A DNA stretch of 59,365 nucleotides from a virus (Duplodnaviria > Caudoviricetes): IMG/VR virus record IMGVR_UViG_3300036778_000019, positions 1 to 59,365 of that record; one strand, given 5' to 3'. Every line of letters begins with the position of its first letter. Within the stretch, counting starts at the first letter, position 1. Position numbers and translations under genes: made by a program. This document shows positions 54,196 through 59,365 of this stretch, one piece after another. The notes beneath the pieces were generated by a model. The model saw only the letters and a program-made list of their open reading frames with translations, did not search any database and was not told the DNA's origin.

Positions 54196-55533
54196 ATGGC
54201 GTCCTTTGCGATCTACGGAGGCGAGCAAGATCCACTAGCGGCCTACGGCGGCGGTCTCATACCCATACCCTCCGCGCACACAATCCAGTTTCACGAGAAG
54301 CTGGCTGACAGTCTCTTTCTGCCCGCCCGGTACAAGGTGCTCGAAGGTGGCCGAGGCGGGATGAAGAGTTGGGGCGTCGCCCGCGCCCTGCTGATCATGG
54401 CTTTGGAGAAGCGGATTCGCGTCCTCTGCGCCCGCGAGTTCATGAGCTCTATCGAGGACTCGGTCTACAAGCTGCTCAAGGATCAGATCGAGCAGATGGG
54501 GATGGGGCCGTGGTTCACCGTTACCAAGCGCAACATCCGCTCGTACAACGGGAGCGAGTTCACCTTTATCGGGCTGAACGATATCACGCAGAAGATGAGC
54601 CGGACGAAGATCAAGAGCTTCGAAGGCATCGATATCTGCTGGATCGAGGAGGCAGAGTCGACGACGGATGAAAGCTGGCAACTACTCATCCCGACGATCC
54701 GCAAGCGGGGAAGCGAGATCTGGATCGTCTACAACCCTAACCTCGCATCGGACGCGACCTACAAGCGGTTCCACGAGAACCCTCCACCCGGCACCATCCA
54801 CATCACGCTCAACTGGCGCGACAACCTCTGGATGAGTCCGGAGCTTACGCTCGAAAAGGATCATCTCTTTCTGGTCGATCCCGAAGCCGCAGCCCACGTC
54901 TGGGACGGGGAGCTTCGCAAACACGCCGAGGCGTCGATCTTCCGCAACAAGTACAGCGTCCACACCTTCGAGACGCCCTACAGTGCGCGGTTCTATCACG
55001 GCGTCGATTGGGGATTCGCGCAAGACCCGACGTGCATGGTGCGAATGTTTATCACCGGACAGCCACCGTACGAGGAGCTATGGATCGACCGCGAAGCGTG
55101 GGGGATCGGAGTCGAGATCAACGAACTGGCGCGTGATCCAAATAGTCCAGACTCGAAGCCGGGACTCTTTGACAAGATCGAGACGTCGCACCAGTGGCCG
55201 ATCAAGGCCGACTGCGCCCGGCCTGAGCACATCAGCTACCTGCGCCGCAACGCTGGTCTGCGTATCACCGCAGCGGAGAAGTGGGACGGCTCGATTGTGG
55301 ACGGGATCAAGCACCTGCGCGGCTTCGTTCAAATTCATATCCATAAAGATTTCTGTCCGCATACCGCTGAAGAGTTTAAGTTGTACAGTTACAAAATAGA
55401 TCGGATGACTGGCGAAGTCCTGCCGATCATAGTGGACAGATTCAACCATTGCGTCGATGCCGTGCGCTATGCGCTCTCGGATTTCATACAGCAACGCGGC
55501 AAGCTTGGGATTTGGAAACGACTCGCGCAGTAG
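54196..55533 (+). CDS. terL: Terminase large subunit (PBSX family)
   Basis: GGRGGMKS Walker A; CARE...SI.DSV; WIEEA; IPTIRK..SEIW..YNP; GVDWGF..DP; NH..DA.RYA. Confidence 0.97.
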   Translation: MASFAIYGGEQDPLAAYGGGLIPIPSAHTIQFHEKLADSLFLPARYKVLEGGRGGMKSWGVARALLIMALEKRIRVLCAREFMSSIEDSVYKLLKDQIEQMGMGPWFTVTKRNIRSYNGSEFTFIGLNDITQKMSRTKIKSFEGIDICWIEEAESTTDESWQLLIPTIRKRGSEIWIVYNPNLASDATYKRFHENPPPGTIHITLNWRDNLWMSPELTLEKDHLFLVDPEAAAHVWDGELRKHAEASIFRNKYSVHTFETPYSARFYHGVDWGFAQDPTCMVRMFITGQPPYEELWIDREAWGIGVEINELARDPNSPDSKPGLFDKIETSHQWPIKADCARPEHISYLRRNAGLRITAAEKWDGSIVDGIKHLRGFVQIHIHKDFCPHTAEEFKLYSYKIDRMTGEVLPIIVDRFNHCVDAVRYALSDFIQQRGKLGIWKRLAQ

Positions 55534-55548
55534 CAGAGGAGTTGAGCG

Positions 55549-57045
55549 ATGGCTAAGGTCAGCGTCAAGTCTGCTCGACGAGCAGAGATCAGTGCGGAGA
55601 AGACCCGCGCTAAGTCGGGTAGCAACGGGCATCGTCGCACCGTAGACAGCTTTCAGAACCTCGCTGCCAAGATCGGGATCAATACCGACAATCTATCCGC
55701 AGGCGGGACGTATGGCTTCAACCCGATCACGCGGGAGCGGACTCTCTTGGAGTGGATCCATCGCGGCTCGTGGATTGCGGGCCTCGCCGTCGATATCATC
55801 CCCGACGATATGACGCGCAACGGCGTCGAGATCACAGGCGACGTCAGCCCGCAGGATCAGGAGATCATCGAAGAAGCGGCACAGGTGCTCAACGTGTGGG
55901 GGCATCTGCGCGATACGGCCGCTTGGGCGCGGCTCTATGGCGGTGCCATCGGTGTCTACCTCGTCGATGGGCAAGACTACTCGACACCGCTGCGACTCGA
56001 AACCATCGGCAAGGGACAGTTCCGCGGAGTCCTTCCGCTGGACCGCTGGATGGTCGACCCCAGCCTGAACGATCTCGTACAGGAGCCGGGACCATCGCTT
56101 GGCCTGCCTAAGTATTACCGCGTCATGGCCGAGGCTCCTACGCTGCGCCATCAGCGTATCCACTGGACGCGAGTCATGCGTATGGACGGCAACCGCCTGC
56201 CGTACTACCAGCGCGTCGTCGAGAACCTGTGGAGTCAGTCCGTACTGGAACGGCTCTATGATCGCCTGCTGGCCTTCGACTCGACGACACAGGGAGCGGC
56301 GCAGTTGGTTTACAAGAGCTACCTGCGAACGTACGCGGTGAAGGATCTCCGCGAACTGGCTTCGACGGGTGGCGATGCGCTTCAGGGGCTGGCGCAGTAC
56401 ATCTCGATGATGGCTCGATTCCAGTCCATCGAGGGGATCACACTGATCGACGCCGAAGACAAGTTCGAGGCGTTTCAACACGCGGCCTTCGGTGGCCTGT
56501 CCGATGTGCTGGTCCACTTCGGCCAACAGATCTCCGGCGCGTTGCAGATCCCGCTGGTGCGTCTCTTCGGACAGTCTCCTGTCGGCTTGAACTCCACCGG
56601 GGAGTCAGATCTCCGCACCTACTACGAAGGCGTAGCGAACCAGCAGAACCGCGAGATGAAGACGGGCGTAACGGTGATCTATCGCGCTCTAGCGCACTCC
56701 TGCGGCATCACGCCGCCCGATGGCTACGGCATCAAGTTCCGGCCACTCTGGCTGCTTAGCGAAGGTGAGCGGGCCACGATTGCGACTCAGATCACGCAGG
56801 CCGTCAGCTTGGGCGTCGATATGGGGGTAAGCCAGAAGACGGCGCTGGAAGAGCTTCGTGCCTCGGCTTCGGTCACTGGCGTCTGGTCCAACATCACCGA
56901 TGAAGATATCGAGAACGCAGGCGGGCTGATGCCGCCCATACCCGAAGAGGTCGCCGCAATCCAAGCCGCTAAGGGTGAAGGCGAGGTAGAGATCCCATCG
57001 ACGATGGAACTTCCTGCACCACCGGAGGAGGAGAATGGCGGCTGA
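55549..57045 (+). CDS. Portal protein (DUF1073 / Acb1-like family)
   Basis: WARLYGG; LDRW; IH.TR; IPL.RLFGQSP.GLNSTGE.DL..YY. Confidence 0.93.
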   Translation: MAKVSVKSARRAEISAEKTRAKSGSNGHRRTVDSFQNLAAKIGINTDNLSAGGTYGFNPITRERTLLEWIHRGSWIAGLAVDIIPDDMTRNGVEITGDVSPQDQEIIEEAAQVLNVWGHLRDTAAWARLYGGAIGVYLVDGQDYSTPLRLETIGKGQFRGVLPLDRWMVDPSLNDLVQEPGPSLGLPKYYRVMAEAPTLRHQRIHWTRVMRMDGNRLPYYQRVVENLWSQSVLERLYDRLLAFDSTTQGAAQLVYKSYLRTYAVKDLRELASTGGDALQGLAQYISMMARFQSIEGITLIDAEDKFEAFQHAAFGGLSDVLVHFGQQISGALQIPLVRLFGQSPVGLNSTGESDLRTYYEGVANQQNREMKTGVTVIYRALAHSCGITPPDGYGIKFRPLWLLSEGERATIATQITQAVSLGVDMGVSQKTALEELRASASVTGVWSNITDEDIENAGGLMPPIPEEVAAIQAAKGEGEVEIPSTMELPAPPEEENGG

Positions 57046-57253
57046 TTCGGAGTTGAAGGTCTGCGAACTATGTGGCCGATTATTCGTCAGAGAGCTTCAC
57101 CCCGCTATCTGGAATGATCGGCTTCAGCGACCCATCGAGATACCCCGCCGCCCCGACTGTCCCGACTGTCAAGCGAACCCTCCGGTAGAGAAAGAGGAAG
57201 AGGTCGTAACGATCTCGTACCGGAGCTATCGCGTCGTAGGGGTGAAGTTTTAG
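57035..57253 (+). CDS. Small zinc-ribbon protein
   Basis: ELKVCELCG.LF.R...CPDC. Confidence 0.65.
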   Translation: MAADSELKVCELCGRLFVRELHPAIWNDRLQRPIEIPRRPDCPDCQANPPVEKEEEVVTISYRSYRVVGVKF

Positions 57254-57499
57254 AAGTCGCCCGTTACTCCACCACCGCCTGAGTCTCCACCGCCGAAGCC
57301 GTCGAAGCTGTCTGTCGACGTGTCGGCTGGTGTGTCAAAGATGGTCTCAGAGGCAGCGGTCAGGGTCGAGATCGACCGCATGACGTCGCCGCTCTCTTCG
57401 TCGTCGTCGAGCAGTGTGCTGGTGTGAGTCAGTCCGGCCTCGCGGGCATTCGTGACAGAGTGGGTTATAGGCGTGGTGGCGGGTACAGTGGGGCATCAT
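57250..57499 (-). pseudogene. Small protein with GFGGG.SGGGG..GDF tail, apparently frameshifted at ~57445
   Basis: GGAGG RBS; removing one G of GGG 57444-46 gives a continuous MPHC...HECREAGL...GDF ORF. Confidence 0.55.
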
Positions 57500-57583
57500 T
57501 CCTCCAGAGAAAAATAGAGCCAAGGCATGCGCTTCTTCGCCTCGGCTCAAATGACGTTAGCCTGTCTAGTATATCGCCGCTGC

Positions 57584-58456
57584 CTAGCGGGCGCGAAGCT
57601 CAAGGCCGTAGTCGTTTACGTCGTCGGGGATCTCAACGCCGCGTCTCCGCTTCAGTTTCGTCTTCTTGAATCCGGTGTAATCGACGTGGTGGTGGAAGCG
57701 GCTGAACTTGTAGACAGGCCGGGCGATCTGAGGGAACTCGCGGACCAGCATCATCGTCTTGTCCTTCGTGCCGTGGGCGTAAATCTCGACCATGTTCCCG
57801 CCCTTCATCGTCTGCGTCGGCTGCTTGTCCTGAAGGAAGGTATTGAACTGGACCGTACACCAGCCCGCCGTCAGCATATCGAGCGAGAGGATCGTGTCTT
57901 CGTTGTAGCGTCCGCGCCAGCGGAACGGCACATCGTTGCGGATCAGGTTGCACGAGTAGATCCTCGTGTTCATGGTGATGGGGTTGTAGTGCTTCTTTCG
58001 CGCTACAAACATGCAATAGTTCGGCCCCGCCATCGCCACATTCTCGTAGCGAAGGACGAAGTCCTCCATGATGCGGAAGAACGCAGGCGAGAGAACTTCG
58101 TGGTAGATGTTGTTGTTGTAGCGGCAGAACTTGCGAATGTTGTCATCCATGATCCAGTGCCACGGATGGCCCATCTTTACGGCCGTATCCCAGATGAAGT
58201 TACGAGCGGCGCCGGAGCCTACACTCTTCGTCGTACCGAGCGAGTCGAGGACTCTGTACCGCTCTTTGTAGGCGAGATCGAGCACGATCAGATGGCGCTT
58301 GTCGATGTGCTCGGCGTAGAGATCGAACTCCTGCGGCTCGACTACGGCATACCACTCTTCGACGCCCATGCGTTCCAGAGCTTTCATCGTCATCCGCGTG
58401 TCGTAGCGGCTCAGAGTGGGGATGAAGATAGGGAAGCGTTGCTGGATCTTACTCAT
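57584..58456 (-). CDS. TET-associated (TAGT / GREB1-like) GT-A glycosyltransferase
   Basis: PIFIP...R; VVEPQE...Y; ARN; W.MDDNI; RIYSC.LI; WRGRYNEDT.LSL; TQ..KGGN. Confidence 0.9.
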   Translation of the reverse strand: MSKIQQRFPIFIPTLSRYDTRMTMKALERMGVEEWYAVVEPQEFDLYAEHIDKRHLIVLDLAYKERYRVLDSLGTTKSVGSGAARNFIWDTAVKMGHPWHWIMDDNIRKFCRYNNNIYHEVLSPAFFRIMEDFVLRYENVAMAGPNYCMFVARKKHYNPITMNTRIYSCNLIRNDVPFRWRGRYNEDTILSLDMLTAGWCTVQFNTFLQDKQPTQTMKGGNMVEIYAHGTKDKTMMLVREFPQIARPVYKFSRFHHHVDYTGFKKTKLKRRRGVEIPDDVNDYGLELRAR

Positions 58457-58485
58457 ACACTTGCGCAGCCTCGTAAAATTCGATT

Positions 58486-58698
58486 ATGGGTGACGACAAA
58501 CTTCCACCTAACGTCGTCTCAATATCAAGCGGAAAACCCCGCTTCAAGCTTCATGGAATGGGTAGCCTGACTCGCCAAACTCGCGACGAGTTTATACCAC
58601 ATCCAGCGACCCTACCAACGAGAGAGGAACAAAGAGAAAGGCTGCTTCACGAAATCGCTGATAGGATCGAAAAATATCTAAAGCTTCATTCGCCGTAG
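58486..58698 (+). CDS. Small hypothetical protein antisense within ParB-GT unit
   Basis: TAAAAT-N6-ATG. Confidence 0.55.
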   Translation: MGDDKLPPNVVSISSGKPRFKLHGMGSLTRQTRDEFIPHPATLPTREEQRERLLHEIADRIEKYLKLHSP

Positions 58699-59315
58699 AC
58701 CTTTCCGTGGAGATCTGCCTCCGGCTCCTCCGGATACCAGATGAAGCGAGTCCGATCGGTGATCGACTGGTTGACCAGCTTGGCGAAGTCGTCGACGGCT
58801 TCGTTAGTGTTGAAGTGGACGATGATGTGCCGGATGCCGAGCTGGTGCTCGTTGTTGTATTCGGGCATCCCGACATACTCGGCCATGTTGTCCTCGACGG
58901 GCGGGAGAATCGTCGACATATCGAAGCCCGTCATCTCGATCCTGAAACCCTCGGCGTCGAGAAAGTTCAACTCCTGCATTAAGATTTCCTGATCCCACCC
59001 GCCAAGCTCGGTCAGCTTATTGTCCGCGATGATGTAGGCGCGTTTCTGGACTTCGGTCAGGTGCGAGACCTGAATGCAGGGAACCGTCTCCAGTTCGAGC
59101 TTCTTGGCGGCGATGACGCGGCCATGCCCGGCGATGATCGAATCGTGCTGGTCGATCAGGACAGGGACTAGGAAGCCGAACTCCTTGATCGAGTTTGCAA
59201 TTTGCAATATCTGCTGGTCGGAGTGCGTCCGGCTGTTGTAGGCCGAAGGTAGAAGCTCAGAGACGCGGCGCTGAGCGATAGGGAGAGCGTCGGAGACTGC
59301 TGCCTTGGTTTTCAC
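58686..59315 (-). CDS. ParB/Srx-like N-terminal domain protein
   Basis: N.RTHS..QI..IA.SI.EFGF..P.LID...IIAGHGR..AA...AY.IADNKL...WD; C-terminal VHF.....D.FA.L....IT..T..IWYP. Confidence 0.92.
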   Translation of the reverse strand: MKTKAAVSDALPIAQRRVSELLPSAYNSRTHSDQQILQIANSIKEFGFLVPVLIDQHDSIIAGHGRVIAAKKLELETVPCIQVSHLTEVQKRAYIIADNKLTELGGWDQEILMQELNFLDAEGFRIEMTGFDMSTILPPVEDNMAEYVGMPEYNNEHQLGIRHIIVHFNTNEAVDDFAKLVNQSITDRTRFIWYPEEPEADLHGKVYGE

Positions 59316-59365
59316 GACTGAAATATACCACTGTGGAGGGGTCTGGATATAATCTGCGCATGACT
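59207..59365. repeat. Terminal direct repeat / circular assembly overlap, copy 2
   Basis: Matches 1-159 with one mismatch. Confidence 0.97.

Noticed and set aside
57527-58570. 347-aa plus-strand ORF
   Set aside because: Antisense shadow of the clearly recognisable glycosyltransferase gene.
52208-59315. Canonical ParABS partition system
   Set aside because: No ParA Walker-type ATPase recognised and no standard parS seen; both ParB-like proteins resemble phage ParB/Srx types.

Overview
Apparently complete circular genome (~59.2 kb; bases 1-159 recur at 59207-59365 with one mismatch) of a contractile-tailed (myovirus-type) dsDNA phage. It carries the DUF1073 portal / Mu-F / DUF2213 / DUF2184 capsid / DUF3383 sheath / DUF3277 tube / Gp138 spike / baseplate-J / DUF2612 structural set. 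The host is probably Acidobacteriota (inferred from SSB and other protein motifs). No integrase, CI-type repressor or ParA was recognised. Instead there is a small serine resolvase with a res-like site and two distinct replication-initiator-like genes, suggesting a phage-plasmid lifestyle. Most notable unexplained structure: (1) a ~300-nt, promoter-led, 8-hairpin non-coding element closed by a long-range helix, directly upstream of an HNH endonuclease gene (45576-46449); (2) a 21-bp palindrome ATTTTCCGG-WWA-CCGGAAAAT in 7 dispersed copies at gene boundaries; (3) a second dispersed motif, TRTTAGYA; (4) a shared (I/V)H(L/I)H motif plus recurrent x-x-D-(A/S) sites in head and small orphan proteins; (5) a ParB + TET-associated-type glycosyltransferase pair with no visible base-hydroxylating partner; (6) ten genes with TAnnnT-N6-start leaderless architecture. 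All family assignments come from motif recognition by eye and synteny, not database searches.
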